From: Phallusia mammillata
Lineage: Eukaryota
Direction: 5' to 3'
Length of the DNA stretch: 64,000 bases
Assembly (NCBI GenBank): GCA_965637545.1
Contig: OZ281494.1
Span: 6,138,001-6,202,000, forward strand
Shown: positions 15,001-27,399 of the stretch, piece after piece
How the letters are laid out: each line of letters starts with the position of its first letter
Position numbering within the stretch: position 1 is the first letter of the stretch
Made by a program: the position numbers and the translations under genes
The notes under the pieces: model-generated
Databases searched by the model: none
What the model saw: only the letters and a program-made list of their open reading frames with translations
Told to the model about the DNA's origin: nothing

Positions 15001-18000
15001 AAAAATGCATCTTGTCTGAGCAATTAGGAGTAGTTTTCCCGGTTTCATTTTTCATTTTCACATAACTTTTGTAAAGAATACCTTGCAAAGTTTTCTTCAA
15101 TTCTTCTTGGTGTTTTTTGGCCACAGTCTCCAGGTAATTGCATTCTTTCTGCAAAGCTTCAACTTCTGACACGGAATCCTTCAAACTACTTTCAAGGATT
15201 TCACTGTGGCTTTTTTGTTCATCTACTTGAGACTTTAAGATGTCAATGTTGCTTTTTTGCACCTAAATATAAGTGTTTGATTTAAAAATCCACAATATTA
15301 ATTTGAGACACAAGAAATGTTGTTGAAAGATTAATTTGCAGAACTCACTTTAATCAAACAGTTTAAGCAAAAACCTCAAGTTTAAAATTAAAAACAGGTT
15401 TTTTCACATGTCATAAATTATTACACTAACATATATATGTTGCTAAAAGTTTAAGTTGGTGGTATATTTTTACTGTTGCAAAATCCTCATAATGAGCAGT
15501 TTGTAGTTCAAATTATAGACAAAACACACAAAAATGTAAAATTTGTTGCAGTTTACCTGTAGCTGTCGATCCCTTGTTCGAAGTTTTGATTTCAATTCTT
15601 CAAGTTCAGCATTTAAACTTGTGACTTTCTGTGATTGGTTGATGTTGTCATGTGACTGGGTTTCACTGCCACCAAGTGACCGAAGTCGATAGATCTTAAA
15701 AACGTTCGATCGTTAGGTTTCAACATAAATCTGTTGGGATTTCTGTCTGTTTTGAGTCAAACATGTTTCAGTTTCTATGCCAGCTGTCCTAATTCTCATT
15801 TGTTTCCAGGAACATTAAAAGTTTTTAAACCTTTTCCATCAACAATAGGCATTTGTGTGCCAAAGTGCAATTAAATTAAAGTTTACTAATTCACATGATA
15901 AGGCTCACTTGTATCATATTTGGTTTATAACATTCTTTGTGTCAGACCAGTTTACAAATAATTTCCACGCCTTTAAAAAATCAATTATAAAAGTACCTCC
16001 TCTTTGTATTGACGAAGTGAGGTTGAATTGGATTCCTGAAGAGAAAATAATTCATGCTGGTGTCGTTCAATTTCTTGCTTTAGCTTTCCCTCTAGTTCCT
16101 AAACAACAAAACACATGAAAACACAGTTATTAGACACTCAAGTTTCAAGCCTTCCACGATAATTGATATAGTTGTGCCTTCTTTTAATCAATATTTTAAA
16201 ACTTTAGCATGAAATGTTACAAGCTATGAACCATGCCATCCAAGACACATTGCATTTCTGATGCAGTTATTCTCAACGAAACCAGACATAAACCAAAAGG
16301 GGTTTAACCAAAAGCAGATTTGCCACAGAAATTGTATGCAAGAACACATTTCATTACAGTTTTGAAAGGGGCTTTTTGATGTCAGCTAAACACTAAATAT
16401 AACCTATAAGGTAGTTCCATTTTTAATCTGACTAAATTGAATGCAGACACGAACGAATTCAAAAACCAGTCACTAGTCTCCATTTGAAACCAACAAGTGC
16501 CCCACTTGTATCATTTGGCAAATACAGAGGGGTAACAGGACGCACTTTAGAATAACTCCACCAGTATGACAGTACTGTGTGATACTTAAGTGTGGCGTGT
16601 ATGGAACTGTAACGACAGGTTTTATGATATTCAATGGGTTCTGTAGCCATATCAGGCCACTTGTTGCTTTTATGTTGTGTTCCGAGGGCCTGGTGCTTGT
16701 TGAAACGACACAGGTGCTGTTATCATCATGGTGGGAATCTATCTCAATGATGTGTAATGTTGATAGACTACTATATTGCCGGATATTGCAACTGACACTA
16801 GATATTGTCATTTTGTGTATTAATGTGTCATTTTTGGATAGGGCCTGCTTAGGATTAAAACTTTTTTCTTTAAACTTTTTACACTGGTTTTATAATTTTC
16901 TTGATATAAAGGGGACCAAAATATACACCTCAGGAAAAAAGATCAGGAAATATATGAATGTTTCAAACAAAGGACATTGTTTTATTCAAACCAAATCATA
17001 ACTTTTTGCAACAAACAATAAAAAGTGTTACAAACCTTAACTTTGTTTTGTAGAATAACTTGATTATCATCCAGTGGAATTACATCCTGTAATGCCAAAA
17101 CAAAGATCATTTAACTTGTTTTTTGCTTGTAACTTGAACTAAATTTTTAGTCAAACAGATTCACTAAATTGCATCAAAATTTGTTTATTTAATCACAAAA
17201 AATGTTCGTTTTAAAAAAAAAATTAAAATCTTTCAAAATTTATTAAAGTTATTAAAACATATATATATATATAGCACAAGGCATTTTACATGAACAAAAA
17301 AAAAAAAAAAAAAATTTAATAAAAAAACTCAGAGCATTTAAGTAAAAACAATAATTTTTCTCATAGTAAATTTTAAAAAATGAAAAAAATAGATCTGCTT
17401 ACGCTCTGTGAATTTGCTTGTTGCTTCCAGTGTTCACATTCCTCTTTCACTCGGGACAGCTCATACGACAAACGATTGACTTCACGCTGTGAGCTGATGA
17501 CATCATCAAACTCTGCTGCATCAGTTGATCCTCCAGAAAATGTTCTTCTGGAAGAGGAAGAGGGATTGGGATGAAAATCATCATCATTAAGGATCTGAAA
17601 GCCATCCTCTGAAGTGTTGCGGCCTTGTTTCAGTTTGTTAATTATTTTCTGTCAAAATAAAAAGACTTAAGTGATTAAAACACCTTCAACACACTTTTTT
17701 CCAGAAATGTTGATATTTTCGGTTATAAATGACCTGATTTTCTACTTTTAGAATATATTTCTGCATTCATGCACATGTATACTATAACTTTCTGTGCAGA
17801 ACATACCTAAACAATTAATCTCATTTATCAGTTCTGGTAGCAGAAATGTATGTTACGAAAATTAGCGTAAGAGAATGCAAAAAATGTCACACTGGCCTTA
17901 AGTATCTTAGCAACCGGGGTTATCTGGCACATTGCGCGCTTGTCAATAACACACGAACCCTTACACAAGTACGGTTTCCTATCAAACATCGTCTGTATCG

Positions 18001-21000
18001 AGCTACTACAGAGCAAGATAGCAAACAAAACTGACGCCAAGCCAGGCATTTTGGACACTAACTACATTCCAAAGAATTGATACAAGCTCTGTTTTGTCAT
18101 AAACGCATGCTTTTTTTTAACTTTAGTATATTTAGAAATACCATTGTTACGGCATAACCGGACCGCAACAAGACGTTGACGTCATTTTACTTGGTAGTTG
18201 GAATATTTTGCAACTGACGTCTACCTGATGTCAATTTTTGAGTGTTCGATTATTTTATTTTTTTGTCCTAGCTAAGATAAAGGTCGATTGTTAAATTGCT
18301 ATCACATTTTTTGCGTTAAAAATTCGCTGGATGTTAGGATATACAGAATAGCAACACACGTAGCATTGCAAAAATAACACATTTTCCTGCATTTGTGACG
18401 CATAATTAATAAGATGTTGTTGTTATGGGAACGTTTATGACAAAAACCAATAAAAATGCATTAGGGCAGAAGTTATACGCAAAATTTTCACTCTTACCGA
18501 TTCAGTTCAACGCAAAAACGTGTTGCAAAATAAAACAAAAAGTGGTCGCAATGTCAAACCACTAACAAAATTTCACAGCAAAATATTACCACTAAATTCT
18601 TACAGATATTTATGCTGCGCAACTATTTCAGTAGCTGAAAACTGAACACACAATCTTCTCGCGTTCGCGCCCAACTAAAACACCCAGCTCAACTGTACAC
18701 GTGGTTTCGTTGGCGCCTCTTTATAACTTTACCAAAGACTTGGATGAATAGAAAGAGAGGGACCAATGCGGTGGTGTGTGACGCCACAACGAGCATTGTT
18801 TGCTCACAGAGGGTCCGAAAAAGCGATTTGTTCCCTTACAGAAAACGCTTGAGTGGCCAGTGTGAGAGCTAAGAGGCTACTCAAATAGGGTTTCGCAATC
18901 CGCCAATACTTTGTGCTGTTTTGTGTCACTGTTATTTGGCTGTTTAATTGTCTGACACGTTGCAAATATTTCGCAAAAGCATCCCCTATGTTTTTCCAGC
19001 AACATTTTCACGACTTTTTATCAAACATCATAACACACCAAATAAGTTTTAAAAAAATTTTCGCATATAATTTGGTAATAAAAAAGAAGTGGTAAACTTA
19101 TTTGTATTCCGCAAGCCGAGAATAACAGTAAAGGGGTGGTTTATTGCAAGTCCGAATTGTAAAATCGAACCGGGGATTGTAAAACTTTATGCCAAAAAAA
19201 CAAATGCTGTACAGCTGCTGCAATGACACAGCAAATAGTGGCAAAATTGACCATTTCCTATTTACTCCCCCAAGGATTCACTTCATTATGTCAAAGTATT
19301 ACCACAAAAGCTAAATTACCCGAAAAAACTAGGTCATTTTAACTTCTCTAAGTTGAATAATACTGCATCAATAAAGGCCTGGTCTAAACGCATTAGGAGG
19401 CACATTATATGCAAATATACATCTACCGTTTTGGGTGGGCTCATCTCTACTTTAACGCAATGTGTACCCTGTGAAATAACGTCAGTTGGAAAATAGGTCT
19501 AAACACTGCAAAAGCATACAATGAACCAAAACCGCTTGCTGATTAATATAATTTTTTACGCATCGTAAATTCAAGGCACACGTACGGACTAAGACAAATC
19601 GGCAAGTTTCCGCATTTTTTGCGGAGTTGCATCAAAACGATTAATTAGGCCTTGCACTCCAAGAACAAAGTCTAAATTCCAAAACGTTACACCTTTTGCT
19701 GCCAAATACAAGAAAAACTGATGTGTGGCAGAAACACCTAAAAGCATTAACGCAACGCCACAGGGTGTAAGGCGATCTCCCTTTTAAGCTCGGATTTGGT
19801 AAGACGAATATTCTTCAAAAGGACTGAGAAAAAAAAGCACCACGGTTTTCAGATGTCTAGACAAGGCCAATATGATATAAACTACGCAAATAAATGTAGT
19901 GCAAGGTCTGGAAATTTTCAATTCACCCCTAAGACGTGAGGGTTTATCCTTTTTCGGTCCTTGTTTACATTGTCTTGGTATAGCTTCCTAAGAAGACAGT
20001 ACAAATAAAACGACTACGCTTTTATTTGCCATGGAATTGGGTTATAATACAGGTGTACAATTTAAACAGGGTTATTGTGTGGGGCTAAGCTTTTAGCAGA
20101 CTTCTCACTTTCTGAAAATAACGTTTATTTTTACAGCTAAATGTTCTACGAAACCCAGTCGGACAACTTGCATGCAATTTTGTACAAAACATTTTTTATC
20201 GTTTTAATTTGTGGTCTAAAACTGCCTGGACTCTCCTCACAGTTGACATTCTTCACAATAAAATAAGAGATAAGACAAAAATTAAAACGTTTTGCGACAT
20301 AAACAATAAATTTACAAATATTCATTCGCCTCAAAAGATTTCCTCAAAAATATCAAATATTTTATTCGCCTAAAAAAACAAGCCTGTTTCTAAACCAAAA
20401 TTCTAAAAGAAATAAGCAAACAAACATTTAAAAAGCTGACTTCAAAGTTACAGCTTAGATGAAAAACTGAAAACACGCTCTACAAGCCAGTTCCAGTTCC
20501 TCTGTACCAATTATAACAAGAAAACAGCTTTTACGGAATAGCAGAGACCAGAGAGCCGTGCAAACACATCACACTGCGTCTGGGTTTCTTCAAGTCTCAG
20601 GAATCCGCCACTCAAGTGATTTATTTAGGGCTAGAAGATAAAATGGACTTGTGTGTGTTAAGCTTAGTGAAAAAGTCCACAAGCCAACCCTAGATTCTGG
20701 CGTTGTTCGGGGGGTGGGGAAATCTTTATGCTGCTGTACAAACGATGTTATGCTCTGCTGCACACGACATTGTAGTCGCTAACAGTGTGCAGGTCAGTAA
20801 GTTTGAAAAACATGACGTAGAATTGTTTTTCGTCAAACTTTTTTGCTGGTTTTTCCATGTTTTTATTGAAGTGCAACAAACACAAACCTAATCTGCACTA
20901 AAGGTTTTCGTAGCAAAACGAAGCAAAATTCTGAAAAATGCTGCTACAAAGACTAAATTGGAAAATACTTCAGACAACTGTCAAACACCAAAATCATTTA

Positions 21001-24000
21001 GTTTTGTTTCTAGTATTTTTAGCTTTTAAGGGTAATATCAAAAGTTTTGTGAAAATACAACACTACAACGAACAACGTATATTACATTTTTAGCCATTCC
21101 AATTAATCTAGTTTGGTTTTGAGATCGTTTGTTTCAAACTTTAAACACAGCAATATTTAGCAGAACAATTAAGGTACTCTTAGCGGATTTGACGATTTAA
21201 CTGATGCCAGCTCAAAAGATTATTCTTTATGACATTTCTACCCAGCACAGAGTTTTAAGTCGGGACGGGTTCGGGTTTAGGTTTGAATAAAACGGACTTG
21301 ATTCGCACCTACAGCCACATTTGTGTCTAATTTCACTTTGGAAAATCTGTTTCGGGCCTAGTTTCGGGATTGTATTTCTGGTTCCGGTCGCAGGTACAAG
21401 CTCACCTACGACTTTGGTCCAAACACCCCCAAGCGAAACATGCCACGGCCGTCATTTTCCAATCAATTGAAAAAATTGAACGTCGCCCTACCAAGCTAAA
21501 GGGTTGAAAACTGGAACAGACACGTCAGCACTTAACAATTCATCACAACGTGTCAATATGATCGCGTCATACACCGAACTTTCAAGTATCGCCATCCTCC
21601 CTATCCGGGTGGGGGAAAATATATCGCACACTTTTCCAAAACCCGGATGTCCCGATGCGACCCGGATTAGGGAGCGATCGATTCGTTGTCATGACGACCG
21701 ACGCTTGGAGCGGTATATCCGGGTCGGTAGGAGTGTTTCGAGTGGTGCGAGAGAACGGGTCGAGTGTTATGTGAAGTTTTTTCATCAAATTTTGTTCGGT
21801 GGCGAGGGAAGGGGCGAAGTAGGTTACTGAAATTCTATGGGTCGAAAAAACTGTATATATGTACATTGAACCTCGGTTAATCCGGACCCGTTTGGGCCAA
21901 AAATTGTGTACGGAATAGGCGAGGATCCAAATTAACCGATATCTATTAGTTAAAACCTTACTGCATTATAAATCACTTGTACCTCAAGTTTTGTCTGAAT
22001 TAGGCGAAGATCCGGATTAACCGAATCTGGTTTAACTGCGGTTTATTGTATATGGGTATAAGGGCAGAAGTTTATACAAAACTTATAAAATTACAATTAA
22101 GATACGAAAGCAGTCACATTTTATTTAAGGCAACAAAATAAGGTTTCATAAAATGTCCCCGTTGTTTGAGATGGAAACGTTTCTATGGCGAATTTTTACA
22201 TTTTTGTTTCACTGACCCCTAAAATAGAGAAACCAGGTGAAACTGATGGATTAAACGGTTTCGGAAGAAAGCCCTGTGTTAAAAACAGCTTCCTTGCTAA
22301 ACAAAAGTCGACATAAAACCGGTAACAAGATGCTGAGAATAAAAAATCGCCACAAAGAAAGTGCATCAAGTTACCGCGTCCAGGCTCCACGTAATAAAGC
22401 GACTATAGTGCTGTCACACTTTCATTGAAACGTCACAATTAACTGTGTTGCGTTACAATAGACAGAGCACAGGAAAGACTGGGTCTTCTCTAGTTGAAGA
22501 GGGTTGAAGTTTTTGTCTGTGTGGGATTGAGTTTCCAGAGCAAAGGGGATGTAAAACGCGGGAATATTTGAAATTGGCGCCGTTTTTTAATGAGACGGTC
22601 CTTGAAAAATCAGGCGTAAAAAGGGCACAAGTGGTTTTCAACCAAAGAGGCTTGGTTTTTTGTGTATTTTTGACGCGGGTCTAGGAATAATGAAAACAAG
22701 TTACTACACAAAAAATACATCTTTGCTATATTTATCAATACTTTAAAGGAGAAAATTACGGCCCAAATTGACGTAAAAGGCGACATGCTTTATTGTTCAA
22801 ACGTTTCGGCAAATGCTCAGGCCATCAGCAGCGATATGAAGGGCCACGTCAGTTACACCCGTTTATAACCACTTGAGTCGCGTATTTGGGGTGATATTTT
22901 CATCATTAAACTTATGAACACATCCGTAGTAGTGTATTAAGACCTTAATATCCTAGATAAAAGAATTGGATGAACATATTGGATTCGTTGATAACAGAAT
23001 GAACAAACTACAAATCAAATGCTGAAGACAGAATTAACCACTCGAAAAATCTAACATTGACATCAATGGCGCAATCAACTGTGAAATTCTGTGAAAACAG
23101 GTTCCACGAAACACCTAGCTCATTTTCCACATATTTTCAACGGCTGGCAGCAATATGTATAATGTATGTGCACTCAATGAATGTTAAGTTAAGGACTGCT
23201 CGGCCTTTGCTGTACTGTCCACCTCTTGCCGTTTTGTTTAACTGATCGCAGTCGCACGACAGGCAAAAAAAACTGGATTACCTTTTAAAACACCATACCG
23301 TTAGCGTTTAAACCAGTGCCGGATGCGCCCTAAAAGGTAGAGGCGAAGATTAAAAAAGGCTGATTTATGTACTAGAAAAACTTGCGCTTCTTTTCTGTGT
23401 TTGCAGTAATGGTGCGCCCCTACCTTGTGGTTATTTAATAACTGCACTTTGAAACAAAAACGGCTAAGAAACAATTGTTTAAACACTACAAAGTTGACAG
23501 CGAAGCATCCAAAACTTTTTAGCTGATGACCCGCTTTAACTTTTTAACAGTTTTTCCACCCCTCTACTTTCAGTCAGAGGAATTCAATCTGTCATTTAGC
23601 ATGTTAGTCTACATTCCGCTTAACTGCACTTGCAGCAACTCAATATCTGAAAAGGGCATAAATCATCTAATGAGGAAAATAAGAGCTCAAACAGACGCAG
23701 CAAGCGACATGCTTGACAGTTCAAACGTTTGTGCAAATGCTTATGCCATCATCAGTTATTTGAGGAGCCACATGAGTAACACCCGTTTCGAACAACTTGA
23801 GTCACATAAAAGGTTGATAAAAAGCTGCGAAACAGTATTTTTACCGGAATAGTGTTTTGTATCGTACTGGCTTTCACTTTAAAAGCTGGCCGGTAATACC
23901 CACCTCGAAGTGCAAAATTAATCATACGGCGCATAAAAATGTGTTGGGAAACCCTGTTTAGCGCTGAAAACACTTCTACACCTGAGCTACGCAAAAACAA

Positions 24001-27000
24001 ACCGAAGTATTGCTTTAACATGACAGTTGGCCTACATGGTGTCATTCAGTTATTGGGCAATACGAAAGAAAGGCACGACGTTTTGTTGAGTTTAATCCCA
24101 TATTTCGACAATTCCATGTAACTTTCCCGACAAGTCCAGGGTTTAGTTGTGAAAACAAACAGCCATTATGGAGTAAGAATAAACTACAAAGCTTGAAGCC
24201 AACCTTCTCGACAGTAAAGACCCGCACAGACAAACATGATTGTGACGTCATCATCCCGTTTACGTAAGGACTGCGTGTTCATTGTAAAAGCAGCAGGGAG
24301 GGAGAGGTTTTTGTGGTTTATCAAGTTAGTGTCTCGCTTTTATCGTTTGGTTTCCAAGATGCGCTTATTTGACAAAGTTTAAAACCAACAGGCAAGATAG
24401 AAAACGGCGATTAAAGACTAAAATTTCAACATTGCATGTCAACAGTGCTCAAAAATAACACCAAAAAACACCCATTTTTAACTTAGCGCCTGACTCTCTG
24501 ATACGAAGCAGTTTAAAAACGTAATAACACTTTAGCGCCAACATGCGGATTAGTTAAATTGTAGAAAAAATCAGTGCCACGTTGGCCAAGCTTTCTGGTC
24601 CTTCCAACAACAACTTTCAAGTAGTGGTGCTCAGCGCAAACAGACAATAGAAAACTGGAGTTCACTGAACAAAGGCAGAGATTTGCTATAGAATAGTTTG
24701 CTGACATAGACTCACTTTTTTCTAAACCAATGTTTTTGCCAAATCGAATTTCAGTACAGGATTTATTACTGAGCTTGACCACATATTTTGTATTGATAAA
24801 CGTAGATTGGGTTTAGATACAACTGAGATAAAAGTTTGCATGAAACATACACAAAGTTGTAATTTTTTTTCATTTCTGCTATACACACATTTACCAACTT
24901 AACCATGTGAAAATACCACACAAATATTTTAACATTTCATGTCTAAACAACATGATACAAAACAAATGTACTTGTACATCTACATAATGTATATGTATGA
25001 TGTACATTTACAGTCATTTCCAACAGCCATTTTATGTAACATATCAATATAAAAGCATTGCAGCTTATCATACAAACACTACTACAAGATTTTTTTTTTT
25101 CAAAACAGCACTGTTTAGAAAACTAAAATTGTCCAAACAAAAAATACCCCAACTGTACCTTGTATCGTTGTTACTATCAGTAATTATCCATTTTATTGCA
25201 GCACAAACCAGACTGACACAGTAAAACCTGGCTATTAATTAACTGACAACCTTGTTTATTAAACAACAACTTCAGCTCTGATACAACTTAAAAGATAAGT
25301 GGCAGAGCAAGGGTTGGCAAACAGCAGGCCAGTGCTCTACCGTGAGGGTCACTGAGCTGTACAAAAAGAATATATGCAGACAAAACGATGGTTTTATTGA
25401 ATATCAACCATACATGGGAAGGACCTCAATACTATAAACAGTCTCACTCTTTTTTAATCAGTTTAATAATGCAAATGTTTTTTTTGCTTGAGCATAATGT
25501 GAAAAACAACCTAAACAGGTCAATAAGGTTATCACAAAGGGAGAAAAAATACTTTTATCTATCACAACTGGGGTTAAGAATTTGTTAAACATTAAATCAG
25601 AAATCGCCATGTTGCAAATTACTACTAGATGTGTTTGTATTAAAAGTTTATTTATTCATGTCACACTCGTTAAATTGTAAATGTGAAACAAAACACAAAA
25701 ATGTTGTGATATAAGTTAAAGGGTATTTTTATGAGTTGCACACAGCACAGCACAACAAACCAAGAACATTTGTATTGTAAGGGATCTTTGCAAGTTATTT
25801 TACAACCAGAAAGGCATTTCCCCACACACAGACACACATGGCTCAATTGCACTTTGGCCCAGCATGTCTGCAACCAACTGCTGCAGAATACTGGAGTAGG
25901 CAGTTTCAGTGTTACAATAAGAATATAACAGCAATCTATTGCTTAGAACTGTGGTTCTCAACCTTTTTTACTATGCGACCCCCTTTAGAGATTTTCTAAC
26001 ACCACGCGACCCCTATACATACGCACATACACAAGAAGTTTAACTATCAGCATGTGTTGATTGTGTTCATCACACATTTGCAATCTTAACGTGGCTGCAA
26101 TAGTTCGGCGTTTTGCTGTATTCCGGAAAACCCCTATTTTTCACTAACTATTTCACTATTTCGTGTTTTTTTATGTTAAGAAAAACCAAAACCCGCAATT
26201 ATAGAAGTATACAATCGCAAATAATGTTGCGCCCGTTCTAAATCAAACGGTCGTGTGAGTTACTACATGCTAAACAAAAGTCACAGGGAAAGTTTTTATG
26301 ATACAGATAAAGTATTCCGTGTTCGGTTACGTCTCCGTGACCCCCTCAAAAGTGCTTGACGACCCCTTGGGGGGTCGCGACCCCCAGGTTGAGAAACACT
26401 GGCTTAGAATGTAATTAAGTTTGTTTTACGTAAATAATCCTGAAAAAATTGTTATGGTAATTTTTACCATATTTTTTTTGCACACATTAATTTTCTACCT
26501 GTTGTTGCTGCAGTTTTGCTTCATATTCATGAGACAGGCTACTTGCTTCTAAACTTGCTGTCCTTGCTTTTTCCTGAAGAACTGAGTTAGACTGAACATG
26601 CTTCGAAATCTGTGTGTACACAAATAAAACATTACAGTAAAAGTTTCATAAAAAGTGCATTGTGCAAATATCAAAGGTATCATTCCAAAATTACATTGCT
26701 GTTCCTTCAAAAAAATGACATTGTTAAAAAACCAAGATACCAGCTGCATCAAAAATATATAATTATTCTACTATCTTGGTTGGTAATGTTACAAACCAGG
26801 TTTTTAAATTTATACAATTTGGCCTTGAGATTTTTTTGAGTCAAATAAGTACTGGAATACAAATACATTTTGTGACAACAACATCAAATAAAAGTATTTA
26901 CCTCTGCTTCTTTCTCATTAATATATGCTTCAGCTTCGATGAGTTTCATCCGCAAGCGACGAACTTCTGCCTCATAATCTGAGTAAAATTGATATAACTT

Positions 27001-27381
27001 CAATCAATTGTTTATTATTACCCGCGAACCAGATATAACTTTGTAGAATTCACCAAATATTATTAATTACACCACATTTTTTTTTCAAAAAAGTCAGCTT
27101 TCGAACTAATTTAAAAGTAGACTTAAACTATTAAAGCAAAAATAAACAGATTTTGAAAAAGCTAAACAAATGTCCAAAGGTAACTTTAAAATATAATCAA
27201 GCAACTACAACCAGCAATGCAGAATTAATTACAACTAGAAATCAAAATAAATCCTACCAAGATCTTCATCCGTTCCTTCAGCTAAAACTTCTTTTGTAAA
27301 TGTTGATAGTTGTCCACCAATTTGACCAGTTATGTTTGAAATTTGATTGAAACTGTCATTTAACCCTCCAATCCAAGACAT
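1..27381 (-). CDS. TRIP11: TRIP11/GMAP-210 golgin, multi-exon, 3' end (GRAB domain) outside window
   Basis: Exon 1 (27381-27258) encodes MSWIGGLNDSFNQISNITGQIGGQLSTFTKEVLAEGTDEDL, matching the ALPS-type GMAP-210 N-terminus. Exons 26978-26902, 26609-26499 and 17648-17403 (FDDVISSQREVNRLSYELSRV) are phase-compatible; the exon near 4030-4205 encodes RLSKLISEKDLEIESLKQKCQTLLDVL, a conserved TRIP11 block; a large coiled-coil exon spans ~5100-7585. Many further short coiled-coil exons with GT-AG ends. Confidence 0.93.
2313..2460 (+). mobile_element. Degenerate tRNA-derived SINE with CORE-like block
   Basis: GCCGAGA...TCTCAGC acceptor-like pairing, A-box-like TGGTGGAGTGTTTAG, B-box-like GGTTTTAATCC, then GTGTCCCTAAGAAAGATACT resembling the GTGTCCTTGGGCAAGACACT core. 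Confidence 0.6.
8280..8725. mobile_element. MITE with TIRs and internal GGTACTC/GGTATC repeats
   Basis: TAGTAATGGGACG ... CGTCCCATCACTA terminal inverted repeats with subterminal ggtactc iterations at both ends. Confidence 0.8.
9975..10345. mobile_element. Head-to-head pair of tRNA-derived SINE copies
   Basis: Minus-strand GCTCAGTTGGTAGAGC head (10136-10121) and plus-strand TAGCTCAGTTGGTAGAGC head (10188-10205), each followed by a homologous ~120-nt body starting ATTTTTCTG; ~40-nt spacer. Confidence 0.8.
11797..11918 (+). mobile_element. tRNA-like SINE head (tRNA-Phe-like, GAA) preceded by the same spacer as the 10.1-kb pair
   Basis: 11845-11918 folds as a cloverleaf (GCTC/GAGC D-stem, GAGTC/GACTC anticodon stem, GGTTCGAATCC) but has acceptor-stem mismatches; the upstream 48 nt match 10135-10180. 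Confidence 0.75.
12307..13238. mobile_element. hAT-type MITE containing nested MITEs at 12599-13105 and 12781-13015
   Basis: CAGGGGTGGGCAAC...GTTGCCCGCCCCTG with perfect TSD ATCTATAG; middle CAGGGGTGGGGAACC...GGTTCCCCACCCCTG; inner CAGCGGTTTTCAAAC...GTTTGAACATCACTG. Confidence 0.9.
17828..18049 (-). CDS. Candidate 73-aa small ORF with a signal-peptide-like N-terminus
   Basis: CCAAAATG start about 40 nt after the acceptor; MPGLASVLFAILLCSSSIQT followed by RK and KR dibasic sites and several Cys. An internal GTAAGG donor at 17964 could truncate it to 28 aa. Confidence 0.3.
   Translation of the reverse strand: MPGLASVLFAILLCSSSIQTMFDRKPYLCKGSCVIDKRAMCQITPVAKILKASVTFFAFSYANFRNIHFCYQN
18604..18726 (-). 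promoter_or_regulatory. Internal TATA+Inr core promoter and 91-nt non-coding first exon within TRIP11 intron 3
   Basis: Minus strand: TTATAAA (18726-18720), Inr-like CAGTT with A at 18694 (about 31 nt from the TATA start), ATG-free exon ending in a GTAAGA donor (18603). The acceptor-like ACAAAACAG lies at ~18090. Confidence 0.55.
21864..22048. mobile_element. Tc1/pogo (Tigger-like) MITE with TA TSD
   Basis: TA-CATTGAACCTCGGTTAA ... TTAACTGCGGTTTATTG-TA; a decayed relative lies at ~44270-44380. Confidence 0.65.
25949..26401. mobile_element. hAT-type MITE
   Basis: CTGTGGTTCTCAACC...GGTTGAGAAACACTG; TSD GCTTAGAA on both sides. Confidence 0.88.
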
Positions 27382-27399
27382 TTTAACAGGAGAACGTCA

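Noticed and set aside
16459-17001. Overlapping ORFs on both strands; faint trypsin-like (GPGAC*NDTG) or Penelope-like (KPVVTVPYTPHLS) words
   Set aside because: The matches are too short, interrupted by stops and mutually inconsistent; a translated search is needed.
16907-18070. 12-nt complement to the miR-133 5' end (AAGGGGACCAAA, ~16909-16920) and a miR-1 seed match (ACATTCCA, ~18064)
   Set aside because: Neither extends to a full mature miRNA or sits in a hairpin, and there is no supported plus-strand transcript to act as target; compatible with chance.
21660-21675. TTAGGG as a possible telomerase RNA template
   Set aside because: Single hexamer only; lacks the 1.5-repeat template.
23526-24254. 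Cluster of 60-108 aa ORFs in TRIP11 intron 3
   Set aside because: No homology cues or coherent splice signals; expected by chance in less AT-rich sequence.
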